Position numbers and translations under genes: made by a program. The notes below the pieces were generated by a model that was given only the letters and a program-made list of their open reading frames with translations, was not told the DNA's origin and did not search any database. Positions 15,952-23,865 of a stretch of 24,000 bases of DNA are shown in pieces. Positions within the stretch are counted from its first letter, which is position 1; every line of letters begins with the position of its first letter. Location: contig NZ_VOUX01000024.1 in the NCBI RefSeq assembly GCF_008011855.1, positions 46,160-70,159 on the forward strand. The letters run 5' to 3'. Origin of the DNA: Serratia bockelmannii (GTDB lineage Bacteria; Pseudomonadota; Gammaproteobacteria; Enterobacterales; Enterobacteriaceae).

Positions 15952-15971
15952 AAGGCCGCTTACGCGGCCTT
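15952..15971. terminator. Bidirectional rho-independent terminator between the colicin and immunity genes
   Basis: AAGGCCGC-TTAC-GCGGCCTT forms an 8-bp GC-rich stem. It is followed by TTTATTT on the plus strand. The hairpin overlaps the last codons of the converging immunity gene. Confidence 0.7.
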
Positions 15972-16298
15972 TTTATTTCTGAGGAACAGGGCAAGCAGAT
16001 ACAGGATGCCCAGCGGCAGGGCCATGATAAAACAGAACACATAATACAGAACCAGTAGCCCATTTTTGCCAATGGTATCGGCGAACAACCCGCGGTGCCA
16101 GAATGCTTCATTGGTGAAGCGCAGGGCGGCCGTTTCAATGCCCTTTTTGGCACAGGGATAGAGCAAAAAGCTCAGAAAGGCAATGACCAGCGCGAGAGGG
16201 ATGTTCACCCTGTCCTGGAAGGAATGGATGTAATAGAGCGCGCTAAAAAAGCAGGCTACTCCCCAAACCTGACTTTTCCAATAATACGCTTTGGTCAT
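15960..16298 (-). CDS. Colicin Ia/Ib-type immunity protein (inner-membrane)
   Basis: From the ATG at 16298 (SD GGGAGG) the product is 112 aa. LYPCAKKGIETAALRFTNEAFWHRGLFADTIGKNGLLVLYYVFCFIMALPLGILYLL aligns with colicin Ia immunity LYPVAKWYIEDTALKFTRPDFWNSGFFADTPGKMGLLAVYTFTVFILSLPLSMIYIL (from memory). Its orientation opposite to the colicin gene is usual for pore-former immunity genes. Confidence 0.85.
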   Translation of the reverse strand: MTKAYYWKSQVWGVACFFSALYYIHSFQDRVNIPLALVIAFLSFLLYPCAKKGIETAALRFTNEAFWHRGLFADTIGKNGLLVLYYVFCFIMALPLGILYLLALFLRNKKAA

Positions 16299-16365
16299 TC
16301 GCGCCTCCCTGGACATCGGCCTTTTTCATCTTTCGAACTTGCCATCATATCGGCTTTGCGGGTGA

Positions 16366-16737
16366 TCAGCGAAACGGAACCCCGTTGCCATAGACCGAGT
16401 TGGTTGGTTTGGTGTTGAAGTTAAAGGTAAATTCGCGATCCTTCACCGGTTGATCGCGTTCAAAGCGCCAGCTTTTCATGGCGGTCAACACCGCCTCGTC
16501 AAAGACACCGGCAGGCCTCGCCTGCACAATACGCACATGCCTGACCGTGCCGTCGTGTTCGATATCGTATTTCACCTTGACGACGCCACTGGTGCTTTTC
16601 GACAGGGCCTGTTCAGGATAAACAGGGGCGGTTTTGATGATGGCGTGGGGTGCCGGTGTGGCACCGAGCGCCAGCGCCGGCGTTAGGCACAGTAACAGCA
16701 GAGCAGAAAATGTAGATTTTCTCATGTCGTGATCCAT
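16366..16737 (-). CDS. Secreted protein consisting of a signal peptide plus a TonB C-terminal domain only
   Basis: MRKSTFSALLLLCLTPALALGA is a Sec-type signal peptide; the real start may be the ATG at 16725. The rest, APVYPEQALSKSTSGVVKVKYDIEHDGTVRHVRIVQARPAGVFDEAVLTAMKSWRFE, aligns with E. coli TonB [57 protein letters not shown]. There is no N-terminal membrane anchor and no Pro-rich spacer. Confidence 0.8.
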   Translation of the reverse strand: MDHDMRKSTFSALLLLCLTPALALGATPAPHAIIKTAPVYPEQALSKSTSGVVKVKYDIEHDGTVRHVRIVQARPAGVFDEAVLTAMKSWRFERDQPVKDREFTFNFNTKPTNSVYGNGVPFR

Positions 16738-16828
16738 TGGTTAAAAATAAGCGGTTACTACAAGATCGCGCCTCGGCGATCGCTCCTAACTATAGGGTAA
16801 ATCTGACAATATTGCGTTATTGCGGCGA

Positions 16829-17410
16829 TCACAGATCGCCGTACAGCGCGGCGAGATCGGCCAGCAGCGCCGCCGCCGGGTGCTCCAGCTGCGTCAGCAG
16901 ATAGGCCTCGAGCGGGGGTGAAAGTGTCCGGCGCCAGCCGCAGCCGCAAATTCGGCAACACCAGACCGAGGTCGCTGCTCTCCGGCACATATAGCGAGAC
17001 GTGCCGTCCCTGATAGCTGCGGGTGAGATCGCCGTGCTGATGCGCGCGCAGCAGGCGGCGAAGCTCGGCGAACACCGGCCAGCTGAAGGTCGACTGGAAG
17101 ACAGCGCCGCGGATATGCAGGGACAGGAACGGCGGCAGGCCGTCGTCGGTGCCCGGATAGGCGCCCTGCCCGGAGAGGATCTCCACCGCGGCACTGAGCT
17201 CGCCGGCGGCGGCGATCAGCTGCAGGCTTTCCACGAAGGGTGCGGTCAGCACCAGGTAATCGGCCATCGCCGGATCGTCGGCGCGCTGCGCAGCGACCGC
17301 CCGCGGGAAGGTCGCCCGCAGCCGCACCGGGGTGCAGGCTCGGGCCAGCGCCTCGTCGCTGAAGTCATCGAGGTTCAGCACGCCGCTGGCCAGCGGCCGG
17401 GCGAAGAGGG
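16829..17410 (-). pseudogene. 5'-truncated, frameshifted second copy of the GC-rich 356-aa gene (3' ~580 bp)
   Basis: It aligns base-for-base with 12759-13340, identical at roughly nine positions in ten by eye. An extra G near 16915 (GAGCGGGGGTGAAAG versus GAGCGCGGTGAAGG) splits the reading frame between track ORFs 16758..17381 and 16829..17194. There is also a one-codon deletion near the 3' end. Homology stops abruptly at ~17408, where AT-rich DNA begins. The RHH-encoding 5' part is missing. Confidence 0.85.
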
Positions 17411-17570
17411 GGCCGCTTGGAAAACGGAAAATATCCTACGTTAAGCCTTTTTTTGAGCGGTTATGACAGGCTGCTGCGAGCGAGGAACGGACATTGCTAA
17501 CAGCATTCTGTGTGAATCAACAGGGAGCAGGTCAGTATAATTATATAAGTCTTTTCCCTTAGATCTTGGG

Positions 17571-17599
17571 TTGATTTGTTGAAGTTTCACGAAAATAAT
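17571..17599 (+). promoter_or_regulatory. Candidate sigma70 promoter of the GIY-YIG gene
   Basis: TTGATT - 17 nt - AATAAT, about 27 nt upstream of the ATG at 17626. The context is AT-rich, so chance matches are likely. Confidence 0.3.
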
Positions 17600-17625
17600 G
17601 ATAAACAAAAAAAGTAGCAATAATA

Positions 17626-18570
17626 ATGGATTTAATTATGGAATGGAGATTTTTAGGTTCTATATCAGAGGCTAGGAAATCTGGCTGTAGTGGAGTTTAT
17701 CTTATTGTCCATAAAGGACTTTTCAATCGTGTGGTTTACGTTGGGGTAAGTTGTAATGTAGGTAGAAGGATAAACGAACATTACGACGGTTACCTGAGAG
17801 GAAACCGAACAATTTACGCCGCGGGTCACGATGATGATGTGTATCGCTTCATGTCAGCTTATAAAATTCATAACCACACTAAGCACTATCAAGCCTTGGC
17901 GAAGGATTATAAGATATGGGCATCTACAACATTATATTCTGATTTGCCGAAAAACATGCTAGCAAAAAACCAAACCTTTGATACTGACTGGCAGAGCATT
18001 GCATTAGAAAAATATATTCCTCAACTGGTAGTATGGGCCCTTCCAATGGCTGGTTACTGTTATTCAAATGCAAGCAGAATTGAAAGTGTAATTCAATCAA
18101 AGCTCATTAAATCTTTTTATTTGAGAGGGTTTTTTAATATAAAGCAACTAAGCATATTGGGTAAAATTGAATTCCCGCATATGGAAAAGGTCAAGGTTTT
18201 TATTATTGATGCACCTGATTTAGATCCGGCATCCCAACTTATTTTTAGTAACCTGTATAACAAGGAAACGGATGGAAATTTCTGTAAAGAGTTCCGTTCA
18301 CAGTTTAAAAACGAGATTTTTCAGAGGGAAAGCGAAATTCAGAGAAAGCGAACTATCAGGGAGCATAAGGTATCTCTTTATGAAAATTTTGGCAAACCCT
18401 GGACTTTAAAGGAAATGGAAAAACTTAGAGTCATGCTTGTCGATTTTGATTTGTCCCCGACAGAAATATCTGAATACCTAGGAAGAGAACCTCGCTCTAT
18501 CTCTAAAAAAATAAGCGAAAATGATAAAGTTACTAATTATAAATGGAGAGAGAGCGTCGGCTGGTTGTGA
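17626..18570 (+). CDS. GIY-YIG nuclease-domain protein with a C-terminal Myb/SANT-like helix-turn-helix
   Basis: The N-terminus GVYLIVHKGLFNRVVYVGVSCNVGRRINEH fits the GIY-x(9-11)-YIG...R...H/E motif. The C-terminus KPWTLKEMEKLRVMLVDFDLSPTEISEYLGREPRSISKK fits the W..E...L.....G....I pattern of Myb/SANT-like HTH domains. The gene is low in GC. The start could also be the ATG at 17638. Confidence 0.6.
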   Translation: MDLIMEWRFLGSISEARKSGCSGVYLIVHKGLFNRVVYVGVSCNVGRRINEHYDGYLRGNRTIYAAGHDDDVYRFMSAYKIHNHTKHYQALAKDYKIWASTTLYSDLPKNMLAKNQTFDTDWQSIALEKYIPQLVVWALPMAGYCYSNASRIESVIQSKLIKSFYLRGFFNIKQLSILGKIEFPHMEKVKVFIIDAPDLDPASQLIFSNLYNKETDGNFCKEFRSQFKNEIFQRESEIQRKRTIREHKVSLYENFGKPWTLKEMEKLRVMLVDFDLSPTEISEYLGREPRSISKKISENDKVTNYKWRESVGWL

Positions 18571-18586
18571 CGTTACGTTTTGATTG

Positions 18587-18610
18587 AAAAAGCCGCATTT
18601 GCGGCTTTTT
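18587..18610. terminator. Bidirectional rho-independent terminator between converging genes
   Basis: AAAAAGCCGC-ATTT-GCGGCTTTTT is a perfect hairpin with an A-run on one side and a T-run on the other. Confidence 0.75.
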
Positions 18611-18636
18611 CTGTATGCTCAGTAAACATGATGGCA

Positions 18637-21258
18637 TCAGGTTTTACTGAGCCATGAGCCGTAAACTTCCCTACGCCGTTCGAAAGCTTCCCGTCCGCCC
18701 TCCATCACCGAAATAATGTGCTGTTGTACATGAGGAGCATCCACACCTCCACCGGCAGCCTGGATCCTGCCGCTGGCATATTCACAGGCACAGACATTCT
18801 CAGCGTCACCCAGAACCGGGATGTTGGCATTGTGAGTAGCAAAGATAAACTGGGTGCGGGGTTTCATCGTTCGGATGATTTTAATCACGTCGTCATAAAT
18901 CGTCTGATTGTCCAAGTCATCTTCGGGCTGATCGATGATCACCACATCATTATCCTGCTGGTTCAGGACAAACAGCATTAATGCGGAGGCGCGCTGACCC
19001 AGCGAGTGTTGTTCCAGTGGTTTGCCACGGAATTCAATGGTGTAGATATTCGGGATCTGCCAGACGATCAGCGATTCTATCTGCTGTTCCAGATACACTC
19101 CGAACGTCTCTGCAGAGCCGTTGATAATCCCCTGGAGTTTATCCCTGTTCAGCCAGAGTTCGCCAAAATCGCTGAAGCTGTCAGCTACGGTCTGGTAGGT
19201 ACTTTCCCGCAACCGGCTGCCAGTAAACGTTTCTTTCAGAACTGATTGCATGGCTTTTTTGTCGCTTGCAAAGGCCGGCACGATCTTCAGGGGCGAATCT
19301 GCCCGGTTGATTGTGGCCAGCACGGCTTCAATTTCGTTATACTCTTCCCTCCAGAGTTCAGCCAACCGGCTCAGCGCTTCTGTCAGGCTCTTCTCCTGTA
19401 ACGCTTGACTGGTTTCAGCCCGGGTTAACTCATCTATTTTCTGTTCCGCAGTTTCCAGCTCAGTCTTCAGCTTCAGAAAGTCGGCCGGATCGGCTTTTTC
19501 CACCCCGACCCGCCGCAACTCTTCTGCAAGGCCCCGCTCTATTTCGGCAAATTCCTCCGTCAGCGCCTGCTTTTTCTGCTGGAAGGCCTGCTGCTTAGTA
19601 TCGAGTTCTGTGAGGAGCTGGCGGGCGCCGTCGACGATGGTGTTCAGGGAGTTGAGATGGGTCGTGAAGCGATCATATCCCTCACGATAGTCATCGATCT
19701 CGGCCTGGTTATGCGCTGATTCATGTTTCTGCTCCTGCTTCAGCTCGTCCAGTGTCTCCCTGATATCGTCCTGCAGACTGTCCAGCGCTTGGGTTGCCTG
19801 GGCAGAGGTATTGCTGAGATAGCGCTCATCCCTCCCGAAGGTGGTCTGCAGTTCCAGTTTTTCTTCCATGCCATGCTGGGCATAAAAGCGCAGGCGGAAA
19901 TGCGCATCCGCCTTTTTTGCCTGCCATTCTGAGAGTGCTTCTCCCGATTTTTTCAGGCGACGAAGCAGGCGTAACCTGTCGAGCACGACTGTATTCTGCT
20001 GCCGGATTTTTTCTCGCACGGGAACCAGACGCTCACCGACCAGCTTTTCAATCAGATCGTGTTCAAACCCTGCGCCGGTATTGGACAGATCTTTCTGGCC
20101 AAAATACACTGGCTTGTGCAGAACCGTTTCCCGGAGCGCGACCCCGCGTCTGGCCTGGCCGTCAAAAATGACCTGCGGTTCCTGGCCGAAAATGCGGGTT
20201 ATCTGATATGCCCGCCCGAGACGGCACACGGCGTCGACGGTAATTTTCCCCCCGCTTTTGAGTAAATTACTTATCAGATTTTCTTTGTAGTCGCGGTCAG
20301 AGGCCTTCTCGCCAAACGGAATGTCCAGGGCATAGCGGATCCCTTCAAGTATGGAGGATTTTCCGCTGCCACGGATCCCAATCAGGGTGTTCAGCTCCGG
20401 AGATAATTTCACCACGGTTCCGCCGAGCGAACCGGCTCCCTCGAATGCTATCTGACGGATATGGCTGTGCATAAGGGCCGGTTTTTCCCCGCTGACGCGG
20501 TGCGGGAAATCTTGCAGAGCAAATCGGACAGCTTCAAAATTGTAATCACCCAGCTTCAGATAGCTGGCGACTTTTCTGGCGCCGATGTCATCCAGCGTTT
20601 TGGCATCGCATCCCTGAACTTCTGCAGGATAGCGCCTACCGAGAACGCCGTGAATTTTGACCCGCAGGTCGTGGGTCATCACCTTCTGAAATCCCATCAC
20701 GCGCCGGCGGACAAGCTCATTATCAAAAAGCTCCACGATCCGACCAGGGCTCAGTCCGCCCCATAATCCGTTAGGAGCTTCCACGTGGGCAAACACAATG
20801 AAGTAATCCCGTTCATACCGGTCAAGGCGCTGGATGGTCTGAGTGATATTTTCTGTTGAACGGGCATTTTCGTTCTCAAAATTATCAACGCCCGCAAACG
20901 TGGCCGTCAGGAAACTTTCAATATGATTCGTCTGCTGCGGGTTGATAAACCAGTCATCGGCAAACACCACAAGCGTGTGCACGCCGGCCTGACCATCATT
21001 AACAGACAGTTCCACGCCGGGAAGCAGTTCAGTGCCTTCGCGGCGCGCGGCTTTGCGTAATGCCTTAAACTCTCCGGGATCGAATTTATTGTGGTTGGTG
21101 ATCACGCCTACTCCCACTCCAGCCGCTTTTAGGGCACAGACGTAGTCGCGAATATATCTGTCGGGTTCCCCGGCATAGCGAAATTCTTTATCTGCACGGG
21201 TATGAAGATGAAAATCCACCTTGACCCAGCAGGATCCATTCTCAAATACGGGATACAT
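18637..21258 (-). CDS. PHP phosphoesterase domain fused to an SMC/RecF-like ABC ATPase with a long coiled-coil insert (PplA-type architecture)
   Basis: The PHP motifs appear in order: VDFHLHTRAD, ITNHN, GVELS, HTLVVF, FAHVE. Walker A is at aa ~295-301 (IGIRGSGKSSILEGIRYAL). About 400 aa of heptad-rich Q/E/L/R sequence follow. Next come SLGQRASALMLF, Walker B VVIIDQPEDDLD and the H-loop FATHNANIPV. Confidence 0.8.
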   Translation of the reverse strand: MYPVFENGSCWVKVDFHLHTRADKEFRYAGEPDRYIRDYVCALKAAGVGVGVITNHNKFDPGEFKALRKAARREGTELLPGVELSVNDGQAGVHTLVVFADDWFINPQQTNHIESFLTATFAGVDNFENENARSTENITQTIQRLDRYERDYFIVFAHVEAPNGLWGGLSPGRIVELFDNELVRRRVMGFQKVMTHDLRVKIHGVLGRRYPAEVQGCDAKTLDDIGARKVASYLKLGDYNFEAVRFALQDFPHRVSGEKPALMHSHIRQIAFEGAGSLGGTVVKLSPELNTLIGIRGSGKSSILEGIRYALDIPFGEKASDRDYKENLISNLLKSGGKITVDAVCRLGRAYQITRIFGQEPQVIFDGQARRGVALRETVLHKPVYFGQKDLSNTGAGFEHDLIEKLVGERLVPVREKIRQQNTVVLDRLRLLRRLKKSGEALSEWQAKKADAHFRLRFYAQHGMEEKLELQTTFGRDERYLSNTSAQATQALDSLQDDIRETLDELKQEQKHESAHNQAEIDDYREGYDRFTTHLNSLNTIVDGARQLLTELDTKQQAFQQKKQALTEEFAEIERGLAEELRRVGVEKADPADFLKLKTELETAEQKIDELTRAETSQALQEKSLTEALSRLAELWREEYNEIEAVLATINRADSPLKIVPAFASDKKAMQSVLKETFTGSRLRESTYQTVADSFSDFGELWLNRDKLQGIINGSAETFGVYLEQQIESLIVWQIPNIYTIEFRGKPLEQHSLGQRASALMLFVLNQQDNDVVIIDQPEDDLDNQTIYDDVIKIIRTMKPRTQFIFATHNANIPVLGDAENVCACEYASGRIQAAGGGVDAPHVQQHIISVMEGGREAFERRREVYGSWLSKT

Positions 21259-21504
21259 TCCTTGATACCTTTATTCAGTCGCTGATGAATGCCCGGAGGC
21301 TCCGCATAATTTCATTTATATTAGGGCGATCCCGTTCCGACTTCATTTTATTTCCGTCACCAGTTAATAAATATTTGATCTGAACCAGAACCGCATTCAG
21401 ATTGCGGATGAGAGCGCGCGGCAACATCTTCAGATGTTTCTTTTTTGGCATTAGCGTCTGGTTATTATTGCATTTATAACAATAGTGCTGAAATGGCAAT
21501 AATA

Positions 21505-21592
21505 ATTATAAATTATTGCATTATTAGCATTGGCTCCTTTCTTTTCTCACACAGATCCGAAAACCCCTAAAGCCGGATGCTAACTATCTGAG
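21505..21592. repeat. Copy 2 of the shared intergenic element (extended ~85-bp form)
   Basis: TATTGCATTATTAGCA...TCCTTTCTTTTCTCACACAGATCCGAAAACCCCTAAAGCCGGATGCTAACTATCTGAG aligns with copy 3 over about 80 bp. The core is at 21553-21567, 295 nt upstream of the PHP-ATPase ATG. Confidence 0.7.
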
Positions 21593-21693
21593 GTGAAGAT
21601 GACTATGTGTTTACGCTGGCTGCCAAGCAACCTGAATGGTTTATCGTGATGTGCTCCGGCATACGTAAATCCTACACCGGAGCTAAGGAGGGA

Positions 21694-22626
21694 TTACTCC
21701 TGAAGGTGCAGCCCCTTCAGATTCGTTTCAAAGTAATCAACATAAATTCGCTCATTTTTGGGCTTCATTATCAGCTGAATACCGTTGGGAACGGGCGGAC
21801 ATGAGGCCCGGTAGGCGAACATCTCATCCTGGATATTCCGGAGCGTATAACCCAGTTGCTCTTCTTCTGCCCTTCCGGACACCCTGATGCCGGATAATTC
21901 CTTCTCAACGTACTTTTTCAGCTTCTCGCTTCTTTTCATACTGCTGCGATTATCCAGAAACTGAAGCAAGAAATAGCGGATGACCGGCAGTGTGAACACC
22001 ACATAGAATAGGATCTCATTCAGCCCGGATTTCATGGCGATGCCGTAAACAAGCATCGCGACAGGCGAGACAATAAAAGCTGAAAGATAAAATACGTGCA
22101 GCACCTCCCTGAGCGATTTGTCCCAGCCGAGGTTTTTTCCGTGGCACAGGAGCGCCATTACGGCCAGCGGCGCGTCATACACTTTACTGACGTACCACCC
22201 CTCTTCGCCAAATCGCTTTCGTGCTTTTTCCGGACTGTCCCTGAAATAGGCAGCTGCCCGGATGATGTCATCCCGTGGGATCTCCTCCACCTTCAGGTCA
22301 TTGCGCCGGATGCCCAGTACCCGGCAGTCGTACATTTCCTGGATTGAGGCTGCCTTCCTGCGCAGTGCCGCGATGTGTCCGCTGATGATAATGTTAAAAG
22401 TAAGCACCAGGAGTCCATACAACCCCAGCAGTGAAGACAGCAGCTCTGAATCGACAAAGCCCCGGCTCCGGTTGTATACGGTAACGAGCGAAAGCAGGAA
22501 CGGCACGATGATGCTGAAGATAAAATTCAGCCTGTTCCAGTTTTTTACCCTGTCGTAAACACGGGCCTGCGCATACAGTAAATCCAGGTTTTCTCTGGTC
22601 GACTGGTTAGTGTAAATGGCATTCAT
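21694..22626 (-). CDS. CBASS effector: four-transmembrane (S-4TM-like) protein
   Basis: 310 aa with two hydrophobic hairpins. The first is LNFIFSIIVPFLLSLVTVY / LLSSLLGLYGLLVLTFNIIISG. The second is VLHVFYLSAFIVSPVAMLVYGIAM / ILFYVVFTLPVIRYFLLQFL. A soluble region separates them. The ATG lies 3 nt after the cyclase stop. This is the arrangement described for SMODS-associated 4TM effectors. Confidence 0.7.
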   Translation of the reverse strand: MNAIYTNQSTRENLDLLYAQARVYDRVKNWNRLNFIFSIIVPFLLSLVTVYNRSRGFVDSELLSSLLGLYGLLVLTFNIIISGHIAALRRKAASIQEMYDCRVLGIRRNDLKVEEIPRDDIIRAAAYFRDSPEKARKRFGEEGWYVSKVYDAPLAVMALLCHGKNLGWDKSLREVLHVFYLSAFIVSPVAMLVYGIAMKSGLNEILFYVVFTLPVIRYFLLQFLDNRSSMKRSEKLKKYVEKELSGIRVSGRAEEEQLGYTLRNIQDEMFAYRASCPPVPNGIQLIMKPKNERIYVDYFETNLKGLHLQE

Positions 22627-22629
22627 GGT

Positions 22630-23625
22630 TCACCCGTAAACAGGAAAGAACGGCCCGAACACATCGCGCCATTTATTGATGGATTTTTCATACTCTTTGT
22701 TCTCCTCAAACCATCTCGCCTCCGATACCTTCTGCGCATCGAGATAACATCTGTCCGAAATCGCCTTACGCGCCTCGGCTGAAAGAGAGTTGATATCTCC
22801 CTGTATGCCTTTGGGATCGTTGACGGAGAACTGTACGTACAGACCGAGATGGCGGAAAAGCGCTTCCAGCTCCATATCGACAAACGATGAGCAGGCTGCC
22901 CTGCCGGCGTAATAGTCCAGAATCAGCGTCTCCAGCAGGTAGGAACTCATGGAGGGCATCGTCGGACGCCGCTGCCAGTACTTGACTGCCCTGATGACAT
23001 TCAGCACATTGCCGTCATTCTGCACATTGACAGTTGTGACTCTGTCCCTGTCTTTGCGGGGGTCGGTAAACTTCCAGTGGCCTTTGCCGTCGGGGATCAG
23101 ATAGTAAGTCCGTCCAAAGGCATCTTCGCTGGTAATAAAGCAGGGTACGATGTCAAAATTCCAGTCCTTGCTGACCAGTTTCAGCGTGACGGCTTCCTGG
23201 TTACGCCTGATATCAGCCTGGGCGTACTGGGCAATGTCCTGCAGGCGGTTTTTAAAGGCATTCAGAATTCTGACGGAGCAGATAGTGTCAGCTCCGGAAT
23301 GCCGATACCCGTGCAGGCGCGACCCCTCGCCGGAAGAGGTCAGAGTGATCCGGTCACTCAGAACGTTATAGGTGGCACTCTGCGCGGATAAGCCGAACAT
23401 CAGATCGATATCGTCCAGAGGACGGATTTTGGTTCTTCTGGCAAAGGAACCAAAGGCAATATGGATCGCTGGATAACTCACCGGAAATTTATCGTCCTTC
23501 TCAAAATCATTCATCTTACCGATAAGCCAGTCGCGACTTGCACGCGCGTCATCGGTATCTGCCTTTTTGAGATTCACGGAATCTTTCATAAATTCGTTAA
23601 AGGCAGCTATTACTGTGGTCGCCAT
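22630..23625 (-). CDS. cGAS/DncV-like nucleotidyltransferase (CD-NTase, SMODS family) of a type I CBASS
   Basis: The catalytic motifs are GSFARRTKIRPLDDIDLM (GS...DxD) and the third acidic residue in WNFDIVPCF. The N-terminus is AAFNEFMKDSVNL....ARASRDWL. The downstream YLIPDG..W..TDPRKD...V and IRAVKYWQRR are also typical. SD AAGGA is present. Confidence 0.8.
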   Translation of the reverse strand: MATTVIAAFNEFMKDSVNLKKADTDDARASRDWLIGKMNDFEKDDKFPVSYPAIHIAFGSFARRTKIRPLDDIDLMFGLSAQSATYNVLSDRITLTSSGEGSRLHGYRHSGADTICSVRILNAFKNRLQDIAQYAQADIRRNQEAVTLKLVSKDWNFDIVPCFITSEDAFGRTYYLIPDGKGHWKFTDPRKDRDRVTTVNVQNDGNVLNVIRAVKYWQRRPTMPSMSSYLLETLILDYYAGRAACSSFVDMELEALFRHLGLYVQFSVNDPKGIQGDINSLSAEARKAISDRCYLDAQKVSEARWFEENKEYEKSINKWRDVFGPFFPVYG

Positions 23626-23865
23626 GTTCAGTCCTTTAATTATTTATTGCAAAAGGCGCAGGGCTCTGACGTACATCTGCACACTCCAGTGCCCTGAAAG
23701 GGTCGAGACAGTTTATTCTTAGTTCCGCAAGTTCACTACCGTCTCGCTTTCTACAAGGCCTTAAAATTTACATGGGGAAATAAGAGCCTCGCTCTTTTAT
23801 TGAATGTAATGCAAATATTTTCAATTTTTAATGCTAAATAAGCAATAATGCGATTATGTTTAAAA

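Noticed and set aside
14463-15953. Long minus-strand ORFs antisense to the colicin gene (14463..14987, 14798..14992, 15162..15953, 15437..15679, 15704..15928) and the plus-strand out-of-frame ORF 14791..15036
   Set aside because: They arise from the stop-poor GAA/GCC/AAG-rich repeat coding of the colicin coiled coil. Their products are low-complexity (F/L/R-rich). The plus-strand reading is unambiguously a colicin.
16095-16686. Plus-strand ORFs 16095..16418 and 16450..16686, and minus-strand ORF 15947..16153
   Set aside because: They are antisense to or out of frame with the immunity and TonB-CTD genes, both of which have strong homology support.
21275-21499. 74-aa minus-strand ORF just upstream of the PHP-ATPase gene
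   Set aside because: Neither candidate ATG (21499 or 21451) has an SD, and the composition is AT-rich. It lies inside a ~295-nt leader whose counterpart upstream of the CBASS operon has no equivalent ORF. A small regulator cannot be excluded.
21607-21804. 65-aa plus-strand ORF spanning the 3' end of the CBASS effector gene
   Set aside because: It overlaps the effector gene in antisense and shows no SD or motif.
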